In this document: piece by piece, positions 47,614 to 56,839 of the stretch
How positions within the stretch are numbered: the first letter of the stretch is position 1
How the letters are laid out: every line of letters begins with the position of its first letter
Assembly: GCA_965204375.1 (NCBI GenBank)
Contig: OZ241986.1
Span: 2,592,001-2,656,000, forward strand
Direction: 5' to 3'
DNA length: 64,000 bases
DNA from: Candidatus Latescibacterota bacterium
Lineage (GTDB): Bacteria; Latescibacterota; UBA2968
Translations under genes and position numbers: made by a program
The notes under the pieces: generated by a model
Database searches by the model: none
The model's input: only the letters and a program-made list of their open reading frames with translations
What the model was told of the DNA's origin: nothing

Positions 47614-50600
47614 ATGAATCAGTTGAGAAGTCTTCGTTACGTGCTGGTGTGCGCTATGGGATTGATGTGGGGCTGTGGCGGCGAAAAGGTGATGCAGTCG
47701 CAGATGGTAGAAGGAGAGGAGCAGGTTGGACGTCCGCTGAGTAAATTGGCTGTGCAAACGAATGCATCAGTGGTGGCGACTGTGCTTCGAGACGACACAC
47801 CTGTAATTGGCTCGAAGGTAGAGTTTGCGCGTTCTATTGCAGGGCAGGTGGCCGATTATCAGTGGTCGGGGGTGACGGATGCGAATGGTCAGGTACGTGT
47901 GGAGCTTAGGACGGGTTATTATCAGGCGCGTGCATCGATAGATGGGCGAGAGATCGGTTCCTGGTCGAGCATTCCGATCAATGGCGGGTATGAGGTCATG
48001 CTCAATTTGCCCATTGGTGGGAAGGCGCGTGTGATGAGTGCATCCCCTCAGGAGATTCCCATTGGTGTTGTCCTGCCTGTTAATCTCGGAAGTATCTATA
48101 TATCCTTAAAAAATGGTATGGAACTCGCCCGCGAAGAGGTCAACCGATCACAACTCCGTGCGACACCGATCTCATTTATCTTTGAAGACAGTGAGAGCAA
48201 TCCAGATCTTGCCGTTTCCGCTTTCAGCAAGCTGATTGATCAAGACAGAGTGCCCGTCATTCTCGGTCCGGGATTTTCTTCTTCTTCGGCAGCGGCTTTT
48301 CCCATCGCGCAAGAAAAGCAGGTCGTGGCTTTTAGCCCGACGGCTGGCGCAGCTGGCCTGGGCGCGGTTGGCAATTTTATCTTTCGCGTTCCGTCTCCTG
48401 TGGATAAAGCCGTGCCGAGTTTTGTCAATATTACGAGAAAAAAATTGGGCTATCAGAAAGTGGCGATTATAGTTGACCGCGACGACCTGTATTCCAACAG
48501 CGGATATGAAGAAACCAAAAAGGCACTTGGCGATTTGGGCGTCGAGATTCTGACCACAGAAACTTTCCCAACCGGCGATACTGACTTTTCCGAACAATTA
48601 ACCCGGATAAAAGCGTCGGATCCCGATGCGATCTTTGTGTGGACGAGACCCGCTGAACGGGTTGAGATTCCAGTACAGGGCCGTCAGGTTGGTATCCCGG
48701 ATGCGATCCCCTTTCTCATTTTCGGATTCACGTCAACCCAAATAGAAATGGCTGGTACCGCAGCCGAAGGGGTAATTACAGGGCAATATTGGTCTCTCTC
48801 TGCTGACACGCCGGGGAATCGAGACTTTGTTCAGAATTATCGCACAAAATACGGTACTGATCCCGATACATGGGCCGCTTTGGGGTATGTCAATGTACAG
48901 GTTCTCGCAGAGGCAATCAAAAATTCTGAATCAGCAAATTCCGGTGCTATTCGGGATGCTCTGGCCGCTATTGATGTACCCACGATTTTGGGGCAATTTT
49001 CCTTCGATCCAGAGGGCGATCCGATGTACCCTGTGGTTGTGGTGGTTGTGGCAAATGGCAAATTTGAGATTCTCGATAAGCAAAAGCCCGATGATCGTGC
49101 GTTTGAGGTTGTACGCCCCACAGGGGACTTACAACCCTATTCTCTTTCACCCATTGTTTCGGTTGAGTCGGTTCGCTCTATGCCCACGGGCACACCCGTA
49201 TTCCTGCGAACCGAATTTGCCAACGGCCAACTCGCAGATCTCGAAATGACGTTTATACAGGTGGTCGATGATTTTTTGCCGCCAATGCCTGTTTATATGG
49301 TTGAGGCGTCCGACCCCGTTTTGATACAGCTTGGCGGTATTGCTAAAGGGATGAGTGGTTCTCCTGTTTTTACTGAGCAAGGCACATGGGGTGCTATTGC
49401 TTATGGTTTTAGTGAACAAGACAGTCCGCCGTACTATTTTTTTGCAACACCGATAGAATGGGTAATTGGCATGAAGGGCGCGATTCCATTGGCGAAACGG
49501 CTGACTACCTGGGCGGGGAATGGCATTACCCCTCTGGCTATTCCCTTGCTGGGCACGGGATTCAATCCCAACTACCAGATGAATGATCCACACTTTCAGC
49601 GTGAATTGACGCCTGCCGGAAGATCCGCACAAAATCAGGACAGTTTTGAGGCGGGCAGGCCACTGGCTGTTGCTTTGATGCTGGGTGAGGTTACGGTCGC
49701 TGGGTTGGGAACCATATCATACGTCAATGGCAATCGGATATATGGTTTTGGGCATCCGATGTTTGGTTCGGGTGCGGTGTCCTTGCCCATCATAGAAGCA
49801 GTGGTGCTCGGTCCAATATCCAATCTCTCTGCGCCGTATAAGTTTGCAACGCTGAACCCAACGGTGCGCGGAACGCTGACCGAAGACCGTTTGCCCGCGG
49901 TTCGCGGTGTGCTTGGCGAGAATCCAGAATTGATACCTCTCAAGAGCGTATATACGTTTCCTTCGGGGTATGTGCTTGAGCTTACGCACAATCTGGCAAT
50001 GACGGACCCCTCTACGGTAGCTGGTCTCGTCGAATACGCTTTGTTCTCGCCTTTGGGCAACCGGATTGAAAACGAGCCGAATCACAGTGTGCGCGTAAGG
50101 ACGAATATTTCTTTTGTCGAAACAAATTCAAAGGTGACCCAATCTCGGCTTTATGCAGAGCCAAATGGATATCTTTTGCCCTTAATCGGAGGTGCGTCTT
50201 TTGACCTGGCGAGGACACTCTCGGAACTCATGACAAGAGATGATTACGCCTTGCAGATGCGCGAGGGTGAGGTACACGTTGACATATTGCCCGAATCTCG
50301 CTTTGCAAAAGTCGTATCGGTTCATGCGGACACTGTTATCAATGCTGGAAGTACGATATCTGTCAGGACTTCGCTGCGCGTGGGGCGACGTGAGGATCGG
50401 GAAATCGAGCTGGCATTTAGCATACCCGATACGCTTCCTGCGGGTGTTTATCAACTCGAAGTGGGTTCTGCCGCAACATTGGGAAGTTCTGCTGGGAACG
50501 GAGATGGGCTGTTTGAGGTGTTGTTTAATGTTGAAGGGAGCGATGAGACACTCGAAGATGTTTTTGCCCGTGTAAACGGAATAGATGAAAATGTTATCTT

Positions 50601-50802
50601 AAAAGTGCAGTTGACATCGGCAGGTGAAGGAGGCATGGTGTCCGACAATGTATCAAACAGTGGATCAGACAGTGGATCAGACAGTGGACCAGGCAGTGGA
50701 TCAGGCAATCAGCAAACGACTGCATCTGTTTCTATACAGAAAGAGGTCGATCTATTTTTGGTAGGTTCTCAAACGCTTCGGGTGCGCGTGGTTGGGAATT
50801 AA
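47614..50802 (+). CDS. Multidomain lipoprotein: small beta domain + LivJ-type periplasmic binding domain + SpoIVB (S55) peptidase domain + C-terminal beta domain
   Basis: Lipobox-like MWGC; IPIGVVLP...G.ELA..E.N, ILGP..SS, DFSEQLT.IK...PD (Peripla_BP_6); GIAKGMSGSPV and GFGHP (S55); GAAAGGA RBS. Confidence 0.82.
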   Translation: MNQLRSLRYVLVCAMGLMWGCGGEKVMQSQMVEGEEQVGRPLSKLAVQTNASVVATVLRDDTPVIGSKVEFARSIAGQVADYQWSGVTDANGQVRVELRTGYYQARASIDGREIGSWSSIPINGGYEVMLNLPIGGKARVMSASPQEIPIGVVLPVNLGSIYISLKNGMELAREEVNRSQLRATPISFIFEDSESNPDLAVSAFSKLIDQDRVPVILGPGFSSSSAAAFPIAQEKQVVAFSPTAGAAGLGAVGNFIFRVPSPVDKAVPSFVNITRKKLGYQKVAIIVDRDDLYSNSGYEETKKALGDLGVEILTTETFPTGDTDFSEQLTRIKASDPDAIFVWTRPAERVEIPVQGRQVGIPDAIPFLIFGFTSTQIEMAGTAAEGVITGQYWSLSADTPGNRDFVQNYRTKYGTDPDTWAALGYVNVQVLAEAIKNSESANSGAIRDALAAIDVPTILGQFSFDPEGDPMYPVVVVVVANGKFEILDKQKPDDRAFEVVRPTGDLQPYSLSPIVSVESVRSMPTGTPVFLRTEFANGQLADLEMTFIQVVDDFLPPMPVYMVEASDPVLIQLGGIAKGMSGSPVFTEQGTWGAIAYGFSEQDSPPYYFFATPIEWVIGMKGAIPLAKRLTTWAGNGITPLAIPLLGTGFNPNYQMNDPHFQRELTPAGRSAQNQDSFEAGRPLAVALMLGEVTVAGLGTISYVNGNRIYGFGHPMFGSGAVSLPIIEAVVLGPISNLSAPYKFATLNPTVRGTLTEDRLPAVRGVLGENPELIPLKSVYTFPSGYVLELTHNLAMTDPSTVAGLVEYALFSPLGNRIENEPNHSVRVRTNISFVETNSKVTQSRLYAEPNGYLLPLIGGASFDLARTLSELMTRDDYALQMREGEVHVDILPESRFAKVVSVHADTVINAGSTISVRTSLRVGRREDREIELAFSIPDTLPAGVYQLEVGSAATLGSSAGNGDGLFEVLFNVEGSDETLEDVFARVNGIDENVILKVQLTSAGEGGMVSDNVSNSGSDSGSDSGPGSGSGNQQTTASVSIQKEVDLFLVGSQTLRVRVVGN
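50657..50704 (+). repeat. 12-bp tandem repeat x4 (ACAGTGGATCAG) encoding an SGSD linker
   Basis: Four near-identical units inside the CDS. Confidence 0.85.
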
Positions 50803-50826
50803 TAATGTTTCCCGCGCAGGTACCTG

Positions 50827-50845
50827 CCAAAACGGGTCAAGTCCA
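50827..50845 (+). repeat. Junction motif CCAAAACGGGTCAAGTCCA, copy C
   Basis: Exact match to 43752-43770, 24 bp after the stop of the fusion gene. Confidence 0.85.
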
Positions 50846-50895
50846 CATGTGTTATAATGTCGCAGTCCAAATCGTGCGAAAAGTTGCTTTTGTTT

Positions 50896-52131
50896 TTAAT
50901 TCAATTCTTCCATCGGGCCGAGTGCGACAAGCGCGGGATCCGCATCGAGAGGATATTGTTCGAGATAATCGGCAATGTGTTCTGGCGTAACGGCATCGAT
51001 CTCCGCGCGTTCTTCCTCGAGCGTTTTGAGCGGCGTATCAGTACTCAGACTACCCACAATTTGAGAAAAGCGAGAAAGACCGTTTTCTCCACTGCAAATA
51101 ATACCTGTAGCCTGCTTGGTCTTGGCGCGCTGGAGCGCGTCGTTATCAATCCCATTTTTTAACTCCGCCATTTCGCGCCGCACAATATCGAGAACCTGAG
51201 ACGCATTTTGCGGATCCACGGACAGATAAACGTAAAAAAGCCCCGCATCGCTAAAATTAATATACTCTGCCGAGGCTTCATCAGCCAGACCCTGTTGAAT
51301 AACAGACCAGTAGAGCCGGCTATTGGTCGATGCGCCCAAATAAGTAGAAAGCAGATCTGCAGTAGGGGCATGGTCATCGGAAGATGGCGGCGCGGGAAGC
51401 GCGAGCGCGATATGTTCGCGCGCCACACCATCGCGTTGCACAACGCGGTTTGAAGCGTGAAAAGTCGGGATAGATTGCTCCCGACCATGATCAGACACCT
51501 GCCAGCCTCCGCAATGTGCCTCAACCGCGCGAATAATCTCATCGCGATCAAACGCACCTGTAATAACAAACGTGAGATTATTGGGACCATAGCGCCGCTG
51601 GTGATATTCCGCCATCAAATCGCGGGTAATAGACTTCACCGTATCCTCTGTACCCAGCACACTCTGCCCTAAGGGATGATCGCCAAAAGCCTCTTGAATG
51701 AGATCATCGATAATAAGCGCATCGGGCTGGTCGTGATACATCGCAATCTCTTCGAGAATAACCTTCTTCTCCATATCAAACTCATCCGATGGCAAATTGG
51801 AGCACATCATATCGCTGAGAATCTCGATAGAATCCGTTGCCCGATCGCTTTGCACCCAGTGAAAATAGGCCGTACCCTCCCACCAGGTGTAGGCATTCCA
51901 CATAGCACCCAGATCATCGACATCGAGCGAAAGTTGCCGCCAGTCGCGCTTGGGCGTCCCCTTGAAACACATGTGTTCGAGAAAATGTGAAATCCCCAAA
52001 AGGTCTGAAGCTTCATCGCGCGATCCCGTCTGGGCAAAAAAACCCAGCGCAGCCGAACGAATGCGAGGAATCGTTTCAAAAACAAGCGTGAGACCATTGT
52101 CGAGGGTATGCGTGGAAAACGGTGAAGACAT
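50896..52131 (-). CDS. M16B zinc peptidase, catalytic subunit
   Basis: GSRDE...GISHFLEHMCFKGT (HXXEH), NAYT and EKKVILEE; CAGGAG RBS before ATG 52131. Confidence 0.92.
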   Translation of the reverse strand: MSSPFSTHTLDNGLTLVFETIPRIRSAALGFFAQTGSRDEASDLLGISHFLEHMCFKGTPKRDWRQLSLDVDDLGAMWNAYTWWEGTAYFHWVQSDRATDSIEILSDMMCSNLPSDEFDMEKKVILEEIAMYHDQPDALIIDDLIQEAFGDHPLGQSVLGTEDTVKSITRDLMAEYHQRRYGPNNLTFVITGAFDRDEIIRAVEAHCGGWQVSDHGREQSIPTFHASNRVVQRDGVAREHIALALPAPPSSDDHAPTADLLSTYLGASTNSRLYWSVIQQGLADEASAEYINFSDAGLFYVYLSVDPQNASQVLDIVRREMAELKNGIDNDALQRAKTKQATGIICSGENGLSRFSQIVGSLSTDTPLKTLEEERAEIDAVTPEHIADYLEQYPLDADPALVALGPMEELN

Positions 52132-52174
52132 GATTTGCTCCTGGAAAAACAGTGAAACGTAAAACGCTGATAGC

Positions 52175-53038
52175 TTATAAACTCTTCGCCATTGCAATAG
52201 CTTTGTGCTCGGGCAGATAGGGCACATCCGTACGATCCCAACTGCGTCTGCCGGCGACACAGTGAATACCCATCAGTTGTCGTTTTTGGGGGGTATCGGC
52301 CCAATTGACAATGCTTTGCGGCGGCGAATTGGCGATCCACTTTTTCACAAAAAAGGGCATATAGCCATAAATAACGATGCGCCGATCCATCGCACTGGTA
52401 TTGGCACATCCCGTATGCCAGCAGACCACGTTCCACAGCACGGCATCGCCGGCATTGAGAGTCATCTTCTCCATATTGGGCATGGTTTCCAGGGCATCTC
52501 CCGAATATTCTTCTTTGGGTGGATAATCCGGATTTGTATGCGTACCAGGCACCAGTGAAAAGCATCCCATATCTTCGTGCTGATCGTCGATAAAATAAAA
52601 AACCTTAATCTTGAGCGTATATTGCGGATGCGTCCAGGGCGGCCAGTCTCGGTGCCAGTTCGTGTGTGCAGCGGTGCCCGCATGGTGATTGTGATAGAGC
52701 ATTTCCATCACCTGATAATCTGCGCCGACGATATTTTCCACATAGGGAATAACACTGGGATTATTGGCCAAATCGAGAATGGTCTCATCTGTGTCAAAAT
52801 CCGGGCGAATAGTATGCGCGTGCGGCCCATTGCCATAGCCATTTCGAAACTTGCCGAGCCGGAGTTCTTCTTCCCGCTCTACGAGCGTCTCTGACTCGCG
52901 GCGGTCAAACGCTCGTCGCACCCGATCCAGACCAATGGGTTCAATGGCATTTTTAATCACGATATACCCATTTTCATCGTAAAAAGCGCGCTCCTCATCG
53001 GTTGGTGTCGAATATTGTATTGCATCGATTGTTGCCAT
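52175..53038 (-). CDS. Phytanoyl-CoA dioxygenase (PhyH) family Fe/2OG dioxygenase
   Basis: FYDENGYIVI, WHRD, G.F..VPGTH and WHTG..N.S..DRR; CAGGAG RBS before ATG 53038. Confidence 0.88.
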   Translation of the reverse strand: MATIDAIQYSTPTDEERAFYDENGYIVIKNAIEPIGLDRVRRAFDRRESETLVEREEELRLGKFRNGYGNGPHAHTIRPDFDTDETILDLANNPSVIPYVENIVGADYQVMEMLYHNHHAGTAAHTNWHRDWPPWTHPQYTLKIKVFYFIDDQHEDMGCFSLVPGTHTNPDYPPKEEYSGDALETMPNMEKMTLNAGDAVLWNVVCWHTGCANTSAMDRRIVIYGYMPFFVKKWIANSPPQSIVNWADTPQKRQLMGIHCVAGRRSWDRTDVPYLPEHKAIAMAKSL

Positions 53039-53075
53039 AAATTGCTCCTGTGAAAACTGGGTGAACCTCTTACCT

Positions 53076-54314
53076 CTAACTACCTGTCTCCAGTGGCCGA
53101 GGCCCCAAAACCAGCAATGTACCAGGTCCTGGAGGAAAAGTCTCAATATATTGCGGAATCTGATCGAGGGTAACGGCATCAATGCCAGCGGCGATTTCGT
53201 CAATCGTTCGCACGCGGCCCTCGAGAAATAAATCTTCAATAATACCTCCAGCGCGGCCCTCGGGCAAATCGCCAATGGTAAAAAGGCGCCCCTTGAGCAC
53301 TGTCTTGGCCCGAATGAGTTCTTCGGCAGTGACATCGCGGCGCAATCGCGCAAGCTCCGATTGGCAGACATCCAGAGTCTCCTGGGCGCGGTCGGCAGTT
53401 GTGCCCGCATAAACCGCCATCAGACCGCCGCCCCGGTATGCCTGGTAAAAAGCCGACACACTATAGGCCAGGCCGCGTTTTTCGCGTACCTCTGTAAATA
53501 ATCGGCTCGATCCACCGCCGGAAAGAATAGCTATGGTGAGTTGTCCTGCGTAATAGAGACCGTGGCCTCGTGGAACACCGCAAGAGAGCAGACAAATATG
53601 GGCTTGCTCTGATGGCTTTTCGCGATGTACACTGCGATCAGCAACAGAAATAGGATGAAGGGATCCGCTGTCTGGTGCTTCACCTATCCACCCGCCAAAA
53701 ACATCGCCAACAGTCTCGATCACAGTTTCCGCATCCAGACCGCCTGCAACCCCAATGAGCAAATGGCCTGGCCTACAATGTGCATCCCAATGGCGACGAA
53801 CGCCCGCGGGTGTAATAGCCGACACTGTATCGGGTTCTCCGAGGGGAATCCTGCCCATCGGTGAGCCAAGCCCCGCCTTATAGGCCATATACATAGCCTG
53901 TTGTATGGGGTTATCTTCTATGCGTTTGAGTTCCTCAAGAGTGATGGTCTTGGCGATCTCGACCTGGTCACTGGGAAAAGACGCGCTGCGAAAAAGTTCG
54001 GCATAAAGTTCAAGTGCGGATTTGAATTTGTCGGGCAGGACTTGCGCGAGAAAAGAGGTATGTTCGACAGAGGTCGAAGAACTGCGCCTTATCCCAAGAC
54101 CGTCAAAAGCGTCAAATATGGCGCGTGCGTCGTGTCTGGGCGTACCTTTAAAAAGAACATCTTCGGCAATGCGCGTAATGCCCAATCTGTCGTTGAGATC
54201 GTCTTTCGCGCCAAAAGTAAAACGGAACGCAACAACAACCGATTGCGCGCCGGGCATGGATTCGACAACCGCGCGAATGCCGTTGTCGAGGGTATAAATT
54301 TGTGGCTCGGACAT
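53076..54314 (-). CDS. M16B peptidase, non-catalytic subunit
   Basis: TLDNG.R; HXXEH replaced by RIAED; SSRLF.EVREKRGLAYS. Confidence 0.9.
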   Translation of the reverse strand: MSEPQIYTLDNGIRAVVESMPGAQSVVVAFRFTFGAKDDLNDRLGITRIAEDVLFKGTPRHDARAIFDAFDGLGIRRSSSTSVEHTSFLAQVLPDKFKSALELYAELFRSASFPSDQVEIAKTITLEELKRIEDNPIQQAMYMAYKAGLGSPMGRIPLGEPDTVSAITPAGVRRHWDAHCRPGHLLIGVAGGLDAETVIETVGDVFGGWIGEAPDSGSLHPISVADRSVHREKPSEQAHICLLSCGVPRGHGLYYAGQLTIAILSGGGSSRLFTEVREKRGLAYSVSAFYQAYRGGGLMAVYAGTTADRAQETLDVCQSELARLRRDVTAEELIRAKTVLKGRLFTIGDLPEGRAGGIIEDLFLEGRVRTIDEIAAGIDAVTLDQIPQYIETFPPGPGTLLVLGPRPLETGS

Positions 54315-54471
54315 TGGGGTCCTCAGATAAAATGTAAGGGCAGTGCCTCTGTGACTAATGCAGGGGCGATACCTCAGCGCTCGCCCGATTGGTTTTTTTC
54401 ATGTAATAACATGAACGTATATTGTCAATAGATATTGTGACACTTATCTCTTTAAGGAGGTCATCATCTTC

Positions 54472-55446
54472 ATGAACGTCAAGGTCGAAAATTTGCGTGT
54501 GTTATGCCAATCTATTCTGACCGATCGCGGACTCGACGCGGCTGACGCGCATATTGTGACAGATATTTTGATCGAAGCCGAATTGCGCGGACGCCCAACA
54601 CATGGGATGATCCGCCTGCCCGGCATTGCCGAACGCATATCTCAAGGTACTCAATCCCCCATGATCGTGGAAAAAGACGCACCGGCTTATTCCCTCATCG
54701 ATGGACGGAATAATCTGGGCTATCTGGTAGCACATCGATGTGCGTGCGCTGCCATTGACAAAGCCAAACAGAGTGGGGTAGGCGTTGTGGGTGCGCGCGA
54801 TACCAGCCACAGTGGCATGCTGGGCTATTACGCCTCAATGATTGCCGCCGCGGAACAGGTCGGACTGGTTATGTGCAACACAGGCCCGCGCATTGTCCCC
54901 TGGGGCGGGCAACAGCCCATACTTGGAACAAATCCCATCGCAGCGGGATTCCCCGCAGCAGAAGGCCAGGTACTGGTCGATTTTTCATGCGCGGCAATTA
55001 CCAATGGCGAAATATTGGTGGCACTCAAAGACGGCAAAGAAATTCCCGCAGGACGCGCACTGGGACCAGATGGCAAGCCTACAACCGACCCCGAGCAAGC
55101 GCGCGCGGGTGGGGCATTGCCCTTTGGCGAACACAAAGGATACGCTTTAAGTGTAATGATTCAAATCTTTTCTGGTGTGTTGCTCAATGCTGCACCCGTA
55201 CCTGAAATGGGAAAAAATTACGGGATTTTCATGCTGGCCATTGATCCCTCAATTTTTTTAGGAATGGACATTTTTCAATCGGGCGTTAGCGAAGTCATCC
55301 ACGCCATTAAAAATTCAATGTCCGCAGATGGCGTAACCGAAATTTTGATCCCGGGTGAGCGCGCCTTCAGAGAACGCGCGATGCGGATACAGTCGGGTGT
55401 GGATATCGACAATGAATTAATGGAAGAACTCCAGCAATTGGCGTAG
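54472..55446 (+). CDS. Ldh_2 family oxidoreductase
   Basis: AELRGRPTHG, SHSG.LGYY, GTNPIA, GEHKGYAL and ILIPGER. Confidence 0.88.
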   Translation: MNVKVENLRVLCQSILTDRGLDAADAHIVTDILIEAELRGRPTHGMIRLPGIAERISQGTQSPMIVEKDAPAYSLIDGRNNLGYLVAHRCACAAIDKAKQSGVGVVGARDTSHSGMLGYYASMIAAAEQVGLVMCNTGPRIVPWGGQQPILGTNPIAAGFPAAEGQVLVDFSCAAITNGEILVALKDGKEIPAGRALGPDGKPTTDPEQARAGGALPFGEHKGYALSVMIQIFSGVLLNAAPVPEMGKNYGIFMLAIDPSIFLGMDIFQSGVSEVIHAIKNSMSADGVTEILIPGERAFRERAMRIQSGVDIDNELMEELQQLA

Positions 55447-55472
55447 AGATGTGTCCTCTCACCTCTTTACCC

Positions 55473-55501
55473 TTGACAGCCCGAATGTGGTTGGCTACCT
55501 T
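55473..55501 (+). promoter_or_regulatory. Putative sigma70 promoter of the riboswitch leader
   Basis: TTGACA-17 bp-TACCTT just upstream of the aptamer. Confidence 0.55.
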
Positions 55502-55510
55502 TCCGTTCCG

Positions 55511-55697
55511 CAAGGGTAGAGGCGCGAGCGATCATCAGTATGCGGCGCAGGAGGCGAAACGGAGTACTGCTCCACTGTGCCAACAAAAAGGGATCGTTCG
55601 CCGAAGTCCTGGCCTGTTTCGCCACAGGGCAGGGCTGGTTCAGTGGATAATATCTGCTGAACTGTCACGGGAAAAGTTTCCGTGGAGAGCTCTCTTG
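55511..55697 (+). ncRNA. Lysine riboswitch (L-box)
   Basis: GGTAGAGGCGCG...AGTA...AAAGG...CGCCGAA...CTGTCAC...GTGGAGAGCT; P1 pairs CAAGGG with CTCTTG; upstream of dapA-dapB. Confidence 0.88.
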
Positions 55698-55721
55698 TTC
55701 GCGAGATTTTCTGCTGCGTTT

Positions 55722-55760
55722 AGCGTCTGGCGATACCCTTGAGAAGCCAGCGCTTTTTTT
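55722..55760 (+). terminator. Attenuator terminator of the lysine riboswitch
   Basis: AGCGTCTGGC...GCCAGCGCT followed by a T-run, before the dapA RBS. Confidence 0.75.
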
Positions 55761-55789
55761 ATCGCAAAGTGCAGAAACTGGAGGTTTTT

Positions 55790-56818
55790 ATGTTGCAAGG
55801 ATGTCATACGGCCTTAATCACACCCCTGACTGCCAACCATGCCCTGGACCAGGATGGTCTGGAAAAACTGGTGGCATTTCAGATTTCTGAAGGGATTGAT
55901 GGCCTTTTGGCCTGCGGCACGACGGCTGAGAGTCCAACCCTGAGCAGTGATGAACAAAGCTTGATTACACGCGTAGTGTGCAGCCAGGCCCGAGAGCAAT
56001 GCCGTGCCATTGGGGGAGCGGGCAGCAACTCGACGGCAAAAACCTTAAAAGCGGCTGAATACGCCGCGCAAGTAGGCGCAGACTCCATCCTGCTCGTCGA
56101 TCCCTATTACAACGGACCAAGTTCTCTGGAAATTCGCAAAGAATACGTCGAACCCGTAGCCCGTGCATTTCCCGAACTGGACATGATTCCCTATGTCATA
56201 CCCGGTCGATCCGGCACGAAATTGCTCCCAGAAGACCTCGGTATCTTGTATTCCGAATACAAAAATGTGAACACCGTGAAAGAGGCCACAGGCGACCTGG
56301 ATAATATGGCGCGCACCCGCGAATGTTGTGGCGATACATTTTCGATCATGTCCGGTGACGACGACAAAACATTTGACATGATGACCAGTGACCAGATTGA
56401 CGCCGCAGGTGTAATCAGTGTGATTTCCAATGTGGCCCCCGGTCCTGTGACAAAAATGGTACATGCCCTTCAAAGCGGAGACATGGACGAAGCAGACCGC
56501 CTGCACGCCGGACTAAAACCCTTATTTGGGATGGTCGGCGTTGTATCCGAAGAACAAACACCTTACGGTGTGACAGAAGTCAAGGCGCGCAATCCATTGC
56601 CGGTTAAAACACTGATGAATATTTTGGGCATGCCAGCCGGACCGTGTCGCCAGCCATTGGGAAAAATGAACCGCGCTGGACTGGACATCGTACTGGGCAT
56701 TGCCCGCGAAGTACAGGCCAATAACCCAGAGGTATTCGCGCCCATAGCGTCATTTTTTGGCACAGACATAGCGCAACGCTTGAACAATGATTCGGTACTG
56801 GCAGGACTGGCGTATTGA
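55790..56818 (+). CDS. dapA: 4-hydroxy-tetrahydrodipicolinate synthase
   Basis: TALITP, CGTTAESPTL, GAGSNST, PYYN, VKEATG and SGDD; adjacent to dapB and a lysine riboswitch. Confidence 0.92.
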   Translation: MLQGCHTALITPLTANHALDQDGLEKLVAFQISEGIDGLLACGTTAESPTLSSDEQSLITRVVCSQAREQCRAIGGAGSNSTAKTLKAAEYAAQVGADSILLVDPYYNGPSSLEIRKEYVEPVARAFPELDMIPYVIPGRSGTKLLPEDLGILYSEYKNVNTVKEATGDLDNMARTRECCGDTFSIMSGDDDKTFDMMTSDQIDAAGVISVISNVAPGPVTKMVHALQSGDMDEADRLHAGLKPLFGMVGVVSEEQTPYGVTEVKARNPLPVKTLMNILGMPAGPCRQPLGKMNRAGLDIVLGIAREVQANNPEVFAPIASFFGTDIAQRLNNDSVLAGLAY

Positions 56819-56839
56819 TAGCTTTTTTCTGGAGCAATT

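Noticed and set aside
50810-50830. CGCGCAGGTACCTGCC resembling the activator's RTGTW codons
   Set aside because: Too short to call a second remnant, and it contains a palindrome that inflates chance similarity.
53038-53410. N-terminal extension of the PhyH ORF given in the ORF track
   Set aside because: It overlaps the M16 gene in another frame; a good RBS supports the start at 53038.
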